DNA of 64,000 nucleotides. Origin: Fuscovulum sp. (GTDB taxonomy: Bacteria; Pseudomonadota; Alphaproteobacteria; Rhodobacterales; Rhodobacteraceae). Below the pieces are notes generated by a model. It was not told where the DNA came from, did no database searches, and saw nothing but the letters and a program-made list of their open reading frames with translations. Both the position numbers and the translations under genes were made by a program. The stretch lies in NCBI GenBank assembly GCA_041916535.1, contig JAYRZG010000007.1, forward strand, positions 41,216-105,215, read 5' to 3'. Shown here in pieces: positions 26,860-34,455 of this stretch (position 1 is the first letter of the stretch; the number at the start of each line of letters is the position of its first letter).

Positions 26860-28851
26860 ATGACGCGCCTCGACCGCCTGCTCCGCCCGCGCCATATCGC
26901 CGTTCTCGGTGCCGGCTGGGCGCTGAATGTCATCGAGCAATGCCGCAAGATGGGCTTTGACGGCCCGGTCTGGCCGGTCCATCCGGCAAAGACCGAAATC
27001 GGCGGGCTCAGGGCCTATGCCAGCCTGGCCGACCTGCCCGCGCCGCCCGATGCCAGTTTCATCGGCGTCAACCGCCATGCCACGCTGGATGTCGTGGCGG
27101 AACTGGCCGCCATGGGCGCCGGGGGGGCGATCTGTTTCGCCTCGGGCTGGACCGAGGCAGGGGCGCCGGACCTGCAGGACAGGCTGGTCGCGGCGGCGGG
27201 CGACATGCCGATTCTCGGCCCCAATTGCTATGGCGTGATCAACTATCTCGATGGCGCGCTTCTCTGGCCCGACCAGCATGGCGGGGTCCGGGTCGAAAAG
27301 GGGGTGGCGCTGGTCAGCCAGTCGTCCAACATCGTCATCAACCTGGGCATGCAGCAGCGCGGCCTGCCCGTCGCCTATGTCGCCTGTCTGGGCAATGCGG
27401 CCGTCGTCGGCCTGGCCGAATTGACCGGGGCGCTGCTCGACGATCCGCGCGTCACTGCCGTCGGTCTGTATATCGAGGGGATTGACGATGCCCCGGCCTT
27501 CGCCGCGCTGGCCGAGAAGGCCCGCGCCCTGGGCAAGGGCGTCGTCGCGATCAAATCGGGCAAGACCGAACTTTCCCGCAGCGCTGCCGCTTCGCATACC
27601 GCCTCGCTGGCGGGCGGCGGCGCGGCCTCCAGCGCCTTTCTGCGCCAGATCGGCGTGGCCGAGGTCAATACCCCGGCCGAGCTGATCGAGACGCTGAAGA
27701 TCTTCCATGTCCACGGTCCGCGCATCGGCACCCGCATCTGCTCACTTTCCTGCTCAGGCGGCGAGGCCGGGCTGGTGGCCGATCTGGCCGCCCCCTATGG
27801 CCTGGACTTTCCGCCTGTGCCGCAAGCGACGCATGACCGGCTGTTCGCGGTGCTGGGCGAGATCCCCACCATCTCGAACCCCTTGGATTATCACACCTTC
27901 ATCTGGGGCGACGGGCCGAAGACGACCGAGGTCTTCACAGCCATGCTCGACGCCTATGATGCCGGCCTTTACATCATCGACCCGCCGCGCGCCGACCGCT
28001 GCGATCCCTCGGGCTATCAGCCCGCGCTCGATGCGATCGTCGCCGCGCAAAAGGCGACCGGCAGGGTAGCGCTGCCGGTGGCTTCGCTGCCCGAGAATTT
28101 CGGCGAGGGGCGCGTGGCCGGGCTGATGGGGCAGGGGGTCTGCACCCTTCTGGGGCTGGAAACCGCCTTGGCCGCCGTCAAGGCCGCGCAGACCGCGCCG
28201 GGCAGTCCGGGCTGGCGGCCCGCCCCGGCGCTGGCCCCGCGCGACACCACGCTTCTGTCCGAGGCCGTGGGCAAGGCGCTTCTGGCCGAAGCCGGGGTCG
28301 CGGTGCCGCGATCCTTCACCGCGCCCAGGCTGGCGGACCTGGCCAAGGGCGCTGTCGGCCTGACGCCACCCTTCGCGCTGAAGGGCCTGGGCTTCGCCCA
28401 CAAGACCGAGGCCGGGGCCGTGCGGCTGGGCCTCGCCTCGCTGGACGGCCAGGCCGAGATGCCGGGTGCTACGGGCTATCTGGTCGAGGAAATGGTCACC
28501 GGCACGGTGGCCGAAATCCTGCTCGGCCTGCGCCGCGACCCGGTCTATGGCGTCACGCTGACGCTGGGCATGGGCGGGGTCACGGCCGAGGTTCTGGCCG
28601 ACACGGTCACCCTTGTCCTGCCCTGCACGCAAGACCAGATCCTTGAGGCGCTGCGCCGGTTGCGGCTTTGGCCGCTTCTCGATGGCTATCGCGGCAGGCC
28701 CAAGGCCGATACCGCAGCGCTTGCCGATGTCGCTGTGCGGCTCGGGGGGCTGATGCTGGCGGACCCGTCGCTGGAAGAGATTGAAATCAACCCCGTCCTC
28801 CTGACCGCGCGGGGCGCGGTCGCGGTGGATGCGCTGATCAGGAGAGCATGA
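26860..28851 (+). CDS. ADP-forming acyl-CoA synthetase family protein (CoA-binding + ATP-grasp)
   Basis: ORF 26686-28851 trimmed to ATG 26860 (MTRLDRLLRPRHIAVLG), because the upstream part is made of repeat DNA. It has a CoA-binding domain followed by succinyl-CoA-synthetase-like and ATP-grasp regions. Confidence 0.85.
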   Translation: MTRLDRLLRPRHIAVLGAGWALNVIEQCRKMGFDGPVWPVHPAKTEIGGLRAYASLADLPAPPDASFIGVNRHATLDVVAELAAMGAGGAICFASGWTEAGAPDLQDRLVAAAGDMPILGPNCYGVINYLDGALLWPDQHGGVRVEKGVALVSQSSNIVINLGMQQRGLPVAYVACLGNAAVVGLAELTGALLDDPRVTAVGLYIEGIDDAPAFAALAEKARALGKGVVAIKSGKTELSRSAAASHTASLAGGGAASSAFLRQIGVAEVNTPAELIETLKIFHVHGPRIGTRICSLSCSGGEAGLVADLAAPYGLDFPPVPQATHDRLFAVLGEIPTISNPLDYHTFIWGDGPKTTEVFTAMLDAYDAGLYIIDPPRADRCDPSGYQPALDAIVAAQKATGRVALPVASLPENFGEGRVAGLMGQGVCTLLGLETALAAVKAAQTAPGSPGWRPAPALAPRDTTLLSEAVGKALLAEAGVAVPRSFTAPRLADLAKGAVGLTPPFALKGLGFAHKTEAGAVRLGLASLDGQAEMPGATGYLVEEMVTGTVAEILLGLRRDPVYGVTLTLGMGGVTAEVLADTVTLVLPCTQDQILEALRRLRLWPLLDGYRGRPKADTAALADVAVRLGGLMLADPSLEEIEINPVLLTARGAVAVDALIRRA

Positions 28852-28852
28852 G

Positions 28853-29653
28853 ATGGCCATGGAAATGCGGGTCGAAAGCCCGGTCAAGACCCGCCGTGAA
28901 GGCGCGATCCTTGAGGTGACGCTGGATGCGCCCAAGGCCAATGCGATCAGCCTCAAGACCAGCCGCGCCATGGGCCATGTCTTCCGCGACTTCCGCGACG
29001 ATGACTCCTTGCGCGTCTGCATCCTGCGCGCGGCGGGGGATAAGTTCTTCTGCCCCGGCTGGGACCTGAAAGCCGCGGCCGAAGGCGACGCCGTCGATGG
29101 CGATTACGGCGTCGGCGGCTTTGGCGGCCTTCAGGAATTGCCGAACCTCAACAAGCCGGTGATCGCCGCCGTCCAGGGCATCTGCTGCGGCGGCGGGCTG
29201 GAGCTGGCGCTGTCGGCCGACCTGATCCTCTGCTCGACCACCGCGACCTTCGCCCTGCCGGAAATCCGCTCGGGCACCGTCGCCGATGCGGCCTCGATCA
29301 AGCTGCCCAAGCGCATACCCTATCACGTCGCCATGGACCTGTTGCTGACCGGGCGCTGGTTCGACGCCGAGGAGGCCTTCCGCTGGGGCCTGATCAAGGA
29401 AATCTGCGCGCCCGATGACCTGTTGGCCAAGGCCTGGGATCTGGCACGCCTTCTCGAATCCGGCCCGCCGCTCGTCTATGCCGCGATCAAGGAAGTGGTG
29501 CGCGAGGCGGAAAACCTGCGCTTCCAGGACGCCATGTCCCGCATCGGCAAGCGTCAGTTCGCCACCGTCGACAAGCTTTATTCCTCGGAAGACCAGCTTG
29601 AAGGCGCCCGCGCCTTTGCCGAAAAGCGCGACCCGGTCTGGAAGGGGAAATGA
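28853..29653 (+). CDS. Enoyl-CoA hydratase/carnitine racemase (crotonase) family protein
   Basis: 266 aa. It has the crotonase fold signature (AVQGICCGGGLELALSADLIL) and an AGGAGAG RBS. Confidence 0.9.
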   Translation: MAMEMRVESPVKTRREGAILEVTLDAPKANAISLKTSRAMGHVFRDFRDDDSLRVCILRAAGDKFFCPGWDLKAAAEGDAVDGDYGVGGFGGLQELPNLNKPVIAAVQGICCGGGLELALSADLILCSTTATFALPEIRSGTVADAASIKLPKRIPYHVAMDLLLTGRWFDAEEAFRWGLIKEICAPDDLLAKAWDLARLLESGPPLVYAAIKEVVREAENLRFQDAMSRIGKRQFATVDKLYSSEDQLEGARAFAEKRDPVWKGK

Positions 29654-30099
29654 GGGCGCTGCGCGCCTTGGCGGCGGAACCCGAAGGGCTCGACCGTTTC
29701 GTCGCGGCCCAGGCCGGGGTCTGGCCGCGTGCCCTGGCCGAGATCCGCGCCGGGCACAAGGACAGCCATTGGATGTGGTTCATCTGGCCGCAACTGCGCG
29801 GGCTTGGCCTTTCGGCCATGGCCCAGACCTATGGCATAGCCGGGCGCGACGAGGGGCGGGCCTATCTGGCCCATCCCCTTCTTGGCCCCCGCCTGACCGA
29901 GATCAGCCGTGTCATGCTGGCCCATCGCGCCAAGCCCGCGACCGAGGTCCTTGGCCCGGTCGATGCGCAGAAGCTGCGTTCCTCGATGACGCTTTTCGCA
30001 ACTCTTGCGCCGCAGGAGCGCGTCTTCGCCGACATCCTGCGCACCTTCTTTGACGGCCAGCCCTGCCCGCGCAGCCAGGCCCTGCTCCGCCACCCTTGA
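29650..30099 (+). CDS. DUF1810 family protein
   Basis: 149 aa. It has the motif HWMWFIWPQLRGLG typical of DUF1810. Its start overlaps the upstream stop (ATGA at 29650-29653). Confidence 0.8.
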   Translation: MRALRALAAEPEGLDRFVAAQAGVWPRALAEIRAGHKDSHWMWFIWPQLRGLGLSAMAQTYGIAGRDEGRAYLAHPLLGPRLTEISRVMLAHRAKPATEVLGPVDAQKLRSSMTLFATLAPQERVFADILRTFFDGQPCPRSQALLRHP

Positions 30100-30174
30100 A
30101 ACCCGACAGGTCCTGTCGCAAATCGCCAAGTCAGGCGGCGGCGGTGGCCTAGGGTGCCGCCGAAGGGGACGGAT

Positions 30175-31791
30175 ATGGACGACACGGATTACATCATCAT
30201 CGGCGCAGGCAGCGCGGGCTGCGTTCTGGCCAACCGGCTGAGCGAGAACGGCCGCCATCGCGTGACCCTTGTCGAGGCGGGCGGCGACGACCGGCGCTTC
30301 TTCGTCCAGATGCCGCTCGGCTATGGCAAGCTGTTCTACGATCCCGCCGTGAACTGGCTTTACGCCGCCGAACCCGATCCCGGCCTGAACGGCCAACGCG
30401 ACCATATCCCGCGCGGCCGCATCCTGGGCGGATCTTCCTCGATCAATGCCATGGTCTATATCCGCGGCCAGAAACAGGATTTCGACGATTGGCAAGCCGC
30501 CGCCGGTCCCGGCTGGGGCTGGGACGCGGTGCTTTCGGCCTACAAGGCCATCGAGCATAACGAGGCCGGGGCGAACGCATGGCGCGGCCAGGGCGGGCCG
30601 CTTTACGTCTCGAACAATCGCCGCGGCCTGCACTGGCTGGTCGAGGATTACATCGCCGCCTGCACCGAGGCGGGCCTGCCCTACAATGCCGATTTCAACG
30701 GCGAAAGCCAGGAAGGCGCTGGCACCTATCAGATGACGATCAAGGGCCGCCGCCGCAATTCGGCTGCCCGGGCCTTCCTGCATCCTGCCATGCGCCGCAA
30801 GAACCTGCGCGTGATCACCCGGGCCCAGGTCACCCGCATCCTGATCGAGAATGGCCGCGCCACCGGAATCGAATATCTGCAGGGCGGCGCGCGCCAGACC
30901 CTGCGCGCCAAGGCCGAGGTCATCCTGTCGGGCGGCGCCATCAACTCGCCCCAGCTTCTGCAACTCTCCGGCATCGGCCCCGGCGCGCTTTTGCAAAGCC
31001 ACGGCATCCCGGTCCTGCACCAGAATGCCAATGTCGGCGACCACATGTCCGACCATCACGGCCTGAACTACACCTGGCAGATGAAGGTTTCGACCTATAA
31101 CAACATCCTGCGGCCCTGGTGGGGCAAGGCCCTGATGGGCCTGTGGTATCTGGCGCTGGGCGGTGGCCCGCTGGCGAAATCGATCAACCATGGCGGCGGC
31201 TTCTTCCGCACGCATGACCGGCATGACCGCCCCAATATGCAGCTCTACTTCCAGGCCTTCTCCACGCTCTTGCCCCGCGCCGGGGAACGCCCGCTCCTGA
31301 CCCCCGATCCCTTCCCGGGCCTTTCGGTCGGCCTGTCGAACTGCCGCCCCACCTCGCGCGGCCATGTCCGCATCACCTCGGCCGACCCGCTGGCCCATCC
31401 GGCCATCACCGCCAATGCCTATGCGACCACGGAAGACGTGACCGAGATGCTGGCCGCGGTGAAGTTTCTGCGCAGGATCATGGCCCAGCCCAGCATGGCC
31501 CGCTGGGTGGATCAGGAACTGCGCCCCGGCCCGCAGGTCCAGACCGATGCCGATCTGATCGAGGATTTCCGCAACCGTTCCGGCACGGTCTACCACCCGT
31601 CCTGCACCTGTCGCATGGGGTCCGACCCCGCGACCAGCGTGATCGACACCCGGCTGCGCGTCCATGGTGTCGGCGGCCTGCGTGTGGTCGATGCCTCAAG
31701 CTTCCCCAATCTCATCGCCGGCAACACCAATGCGCCCGCGATCATGGTCGGCTGGAAGGGGGCCGAACTGATCCTGCAAGACGCGCGCTGA
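30175..31791 (+). CDS. GMC family oxidoreductase (choline dehydrogenase-like)
   Basis: ORF trimmed to MDDTDYIIIGAGSAGCVLANRLSE (FAD-binding GxGxxG). It has GMC signature blocks and a C-terminal HPSCTCRMG. Confidence 0.9.
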   Translation: MDDTDYIIIGAGSAGCVLANRLSENGRHRVTLVEAGGDDRRFFVQMPLGYGKLFYDPAVNWLYAAEPDPGLNGQRDHIPRGRILGGSSSINAMVYIRGQKQDFDDWQAAAGPGWGWDAVLSAYKAIEHNEAGANAWRGQGGPLYVSNNRRGLHWLVEDYIAACTEAGLPYNADFNGESQEGAGTYQMTIKGRRRNSAARAFLHPAMRRKNLRVITRAQVTRILIENGRATGIEYLQGGARQTLRAKAEVILSGGAINSPQLLQLSGIGPGALLQSHGIPVLHQNANVGDHMSDHHGLNYTWQMKVSTYNNILRPWWGKALMGLWYLALGGGPLAKSINHGGGFFRTHDRHDRPNMQLYFQAFSTLLPRAGERPLLTPDPFPGLSVGLSNCRPTSRGHVRITSADPLAHPAITANAYATTEDVTEMLAAVKFLRRIMAQPSMARWVDQELRPGPQVQTDADLIEDFRNRSGTVYHPSCTCRMGSDPATSVIDTRLRVHGVGGLRVVDASSFPNLIAGNTNAPAIMVGWKGAELILQDAR

Positions 31792-31828
31792 CCATTTGCT
31801 CGCATTGCCCGGGGCAATGCGCAAAATG
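31792..31828. terminator. Long hairpin between convergent GMC oxidoreductase and betC
   Basis: CCATTTGCT-CGCATTGCCC-g-GGGCAATGCG-CAAAATGG is a near-perfect palindrome starting 1 nt after the stop at 31791. Confidence 0.6.
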
Positions 31829-31895
31829 GAAAGGTCCGACCGCCCTTCCGGCCCTTCTTCTCTTCGCCAAGCCCCCTTGCGTCGGCGGCAGATCG

Positions 31896-33398
31896 CTACT
31901 CTCCCCGGGGAAAGCGCTTCTGCTCTTCCAGCACGTTCAGGTCCATGTGGTTGCGCATATAACGTTCGCTGGCCGCGCGCAGCGGTTGGTAATCCCAGGG
32001 GTAATAGTTGCCATTGCGCAGCGCCTCATAGACCACCCAGCGCCGCGCCTGGCTTTGCCGCACTTCGGCATCATAGGCCGCCAGGTCCCAGCGCGCCGCC
32101 GCCGCTTTGCGGAAATGCGCCAGGATCTCGGCCGCGCGCGGATCGGCGGCCAGGTTCACCCGCTCGCCCGGATCGGCGGCCAGGTCGTAAAGCTGTTCGG
32201 GATCGGCGGGGCAGGTGATGTATTTCCACGCCCCCTCGCGCAGCCCCACCAAGGGCGTGATCGAGCCCTCGGCGGCATATTCCATCGGCACCGCGCCCCG
32301 CGCCGCACCGCCCGCCACCGGCACCAGGCTGACCCCATCGGTCCAGGGCAGGATCTCGGTCATGTCCACCCCGGCCAGATCGCAAAGCGTCGGCAGCACG
32401 TCGATCGACGATACCGGCGTATCGACCCGCCCCGGCGCCATCTCCGGTGCCGCCACCATCAGCGGCACCCGCGCCGAGCCTTCGAAGAAGTTCATCTTGA
32501 ACCACAGGCCCCGCTCTCCCAGCATGTCGCCATGGTCCGAGACGAAGACCACAACCGCCTCCTGCCGCGTCGCCTTCAGCACCTCGAGGATCTCGCCGAT
32601 CTTGTCATCGATATACGAGATATTGGCGAAGTAGCCCTGCCGCGCACGGCGGATATGATCGGGCGTGACCTCAAGCCCGCGCCAGTCGCAGGCATCCATC
32701 AGGCGCTGCGAATGGGGGTCCATCATGTCATAGGGAATGGCCTGCGGCGGTTCCAGTTCCGCCGCGCCGTCGTACAGATCCCAGTATTTGCGCCGCGCGA
32801 CATAGGGGTCATGCGGATGGGTGAAGCTGACGGTCAGGCACCAGGGCCGCGCATCCATGCCGCGCGACAGGTCATACAGCTTCTGGCTGGCCTGGAAGGC
32901 GACATCGTCGTCATATTCATACTGGTTGGTGATCTCGGCCACGCCCGCCCCGGTGACAGAGCCGAGGTTGTGATACCACCAGTCGATCCTTTCGCCCGGC
33001 TTGCGGTAATCCGGTGTCCAGCCGAAATCGGCAGGGTAGATATCGGTCGTCAGCCGCTGTTCAAAGCCGTGCAACTGGTCGGGGCCGACGAAATGCATCT
33101 TGCCCGACAGCGCGGTCTGATAGCCTGCCCGGCGCAGGTGATGGGCATAGGTCGGAATGTCGCTCGCGAATTCGGCGGCATTGTCATAGACCCGCGTCCG
33201 GCGCGGCAATTGCCCCGACATGAAGCTCGCGCGCCCCGGCGCGCAAAGCGGCGATCCGGTATAGGCCTGGGCAAAGCGGGTCGAGCGTGCGGCCAGCGCC
33301 CTGAGGTTCGGGGCGTGCAGGAAGGGTGCCGGGCCATCGGGAAACAGCGTCCCGTTCAACTGGTCGACCATCAGGATCAGGATGTTCGGGCGGCTCAT
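31896..33398 (-). CDS. betC: Choline-sulfatase
   Basis: 500 aa. It has the sulfatase motif CAPGRASFMSG (C-x-P-x-R) and an N-terminus (NILILMVDQL) typical of BetC. Confidence 0.88.
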   Translation of the reverse strand: MSRPNILILMVDQLNGTLFPDGPAPFLHAPNLRALAARSTRFAQAYTGSPLCAPGRASFMSGQLPRRTRVYDNAAEFASDIPTYAHHLRRAGYQTALSGKMHFVGPDQLHGFEQRLTTDIYPADFGWTPDYRKPGERIDWWYHNLGSVTGAGVAEITNQYEYDDDVAFQASQKLYDLSRGMDARPWCLTVSFTHPHDPYVARRKYWDLYDGAAELEPPQAIPYDMMDPHSQRLMDACDWRGLEVTPDHIRRARQGYFANISYIDDKIGEILEVLKATRQEAVVVFVSDHGDMLGERGLWFKMNFFEGSARVPLMVAAPEMAPGRVDTPVSSIDVLPTLCDLAGVDMTEILPWTDGVSLVPVAGGAARGAVPMEYAAEGSITPLVGLREGAWKYITCPADPEQLYDLAADPGERVNLAADPRAAEILAHFRKAAAARWDLAAYDAEVRQSQARRWVVYEALRNGNYYPWDYQPLRAASERYMRNHMDLNVLEEQKRFPRGE

Positions 33399-33481
33399 GC
33401 TTTTGCTCCGGCGCTGGATCTGGCCCGAGGTTAGGGGCAGCCGCCGCGCCGCGATAGGGGGGATGCGCCGTCCCGCCCGCG

Positions 33482-33808
33482 TCAGGCGACATCGGGCGAG
33501 ATGCGGTAAAGCCGCACCGGCGCGCCCTTCGCCCGCGCGATCACGCCCTTGAACTCAAGGTCAAGCTGCACGCATTTCAGCCACCAGCCAGCCTTCTCGC
33601 CCCCTGGAAACAGCCCGCCGTCAAGATGCGGCAGCAGCGCCTCTTTCGCGGCGGCAACGGTCAGGCCGGGCGGCGTGTCGGGCAGGATCTTCAGCAAGGC
33701 CAGACGCATGGCGGTATACTTTGCGGCATCGACCCGGGTGACATGGCCGGGCGAGGTGACGTTGCGCACCTCGATCTTGTCGCCGTCAGGTTTCTTCGCA
33801 TCAGCCAT
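33482..33808 (-). CDS. Conserved hypothetical protein (108 aa)
   Basis: The ORF has coding-like composition. Its start overlaps the upstream gene by 8 nt. No motif recognised. Confidence 0.55.
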   Translation of the reverse strand: MADAKKPDGDKIEVRNVTSPGHVTRVDAAKYTAMRLALLKILPDTPPGLTVAAAKEALLPHLDGGLFPGGEKAGWWLKCVQLDLEFKGVIARAKGAPVRLYRISPDVA

Positions 33809-34325
33809 CCGCTGCCTCCGCTATGACCAGTTTCGGGGCGCGGAACCCCATCCCCGCCCAGGCTTTCAGAAGCGCCCACATGAACCCCGCCGACTGTGTC
33901 CTGGCATTGGGAATGTCATCAGGCAGGGCCGAAGGGTCGGGCAGGTCCTTCACCATCGTGCGCAATTGCGGGGCAGGGGCGCTGCCCGGCGGCCAGAGGC
34001 TTGCATAAAGGCTCAGCCAGTGGCCGTTCTGGAATTCCAGGAACAGCGGCGTGTTGCAGCAGGCCGCGACCACCCGCCGCGTCGGGGCACCGGGGCGCAG
34101 CCGGTGGCCCCGCATCTGCGCCGGGGCGGGCAGGGCGACACGGTCCTTGCGATACAGGACAAAACCCGTCTGTCCCTGCGGCCCCAGCATCGGCTGGCCG
34201 CCCGGCAGCGCCTCCAACCGCTGCGCCGCCTTGCGGCAACTGTCACAGCAACAGTCGGCGGCCAGGATGGGCGGGCCGGTCAGCACAAGGCGACACGCGC
34301 CGCAGCGGCAGGCAAGTCCGGTCAT
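33801..34325 (-). CDS. Cys-rich GFA/CENP-V-like family protein
   Basis: ORF trimmed to MTGLACRCGACRL. It has Cys clusters (CRCGAC, CCCDSC, ACCNTP) resembling glutathione-dependent formaldehyde-activating (GFA) fold proteins. Confidence 0.55.
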   Translation of the reverse strand: MTGLACRCGACRLVLTGPPILAADCCCDSCRKAAQRLEALPGGQPMLGPQGQTGFVLYRKDRVALPAPAQMRGHRLRPGAPTRRVVAACCNTPLFLEFQNGHWLSLYASLWPPGSAPAPQLRTMVKDLPDPSALPDDIPNARTQSAGFMWALLKAWAGMGFRAPKLVIAEAADG

Positions 34326-34455
34326 GCGGCTCCTCCTGCGCAAGCCTAGCCTTTCGCCCGCGCGATCGGCAATGTCGGAATTGTCGGATCAGATGCCGCG
34401 ATCCGGCAATTCCTTGCCCTCCGCGCTGGTCTGATCCTGTCTTCAAGGAGACGCC

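Noticed and set aside
26550-26948. ORFs 26594-26863 (+), 26550-26948 (-) and the N-terminal 58 codons of 26686-28851, all crossing the inverted repeat pair
   Set aside because: They translate the repeat itself. The same ...GIFLNRR... peptide appears on both strands because the repeat is inverted. They have no RBS and no family resemblance. The CoA ligase gene has a sensible start at 26860, downstream of the repeats.
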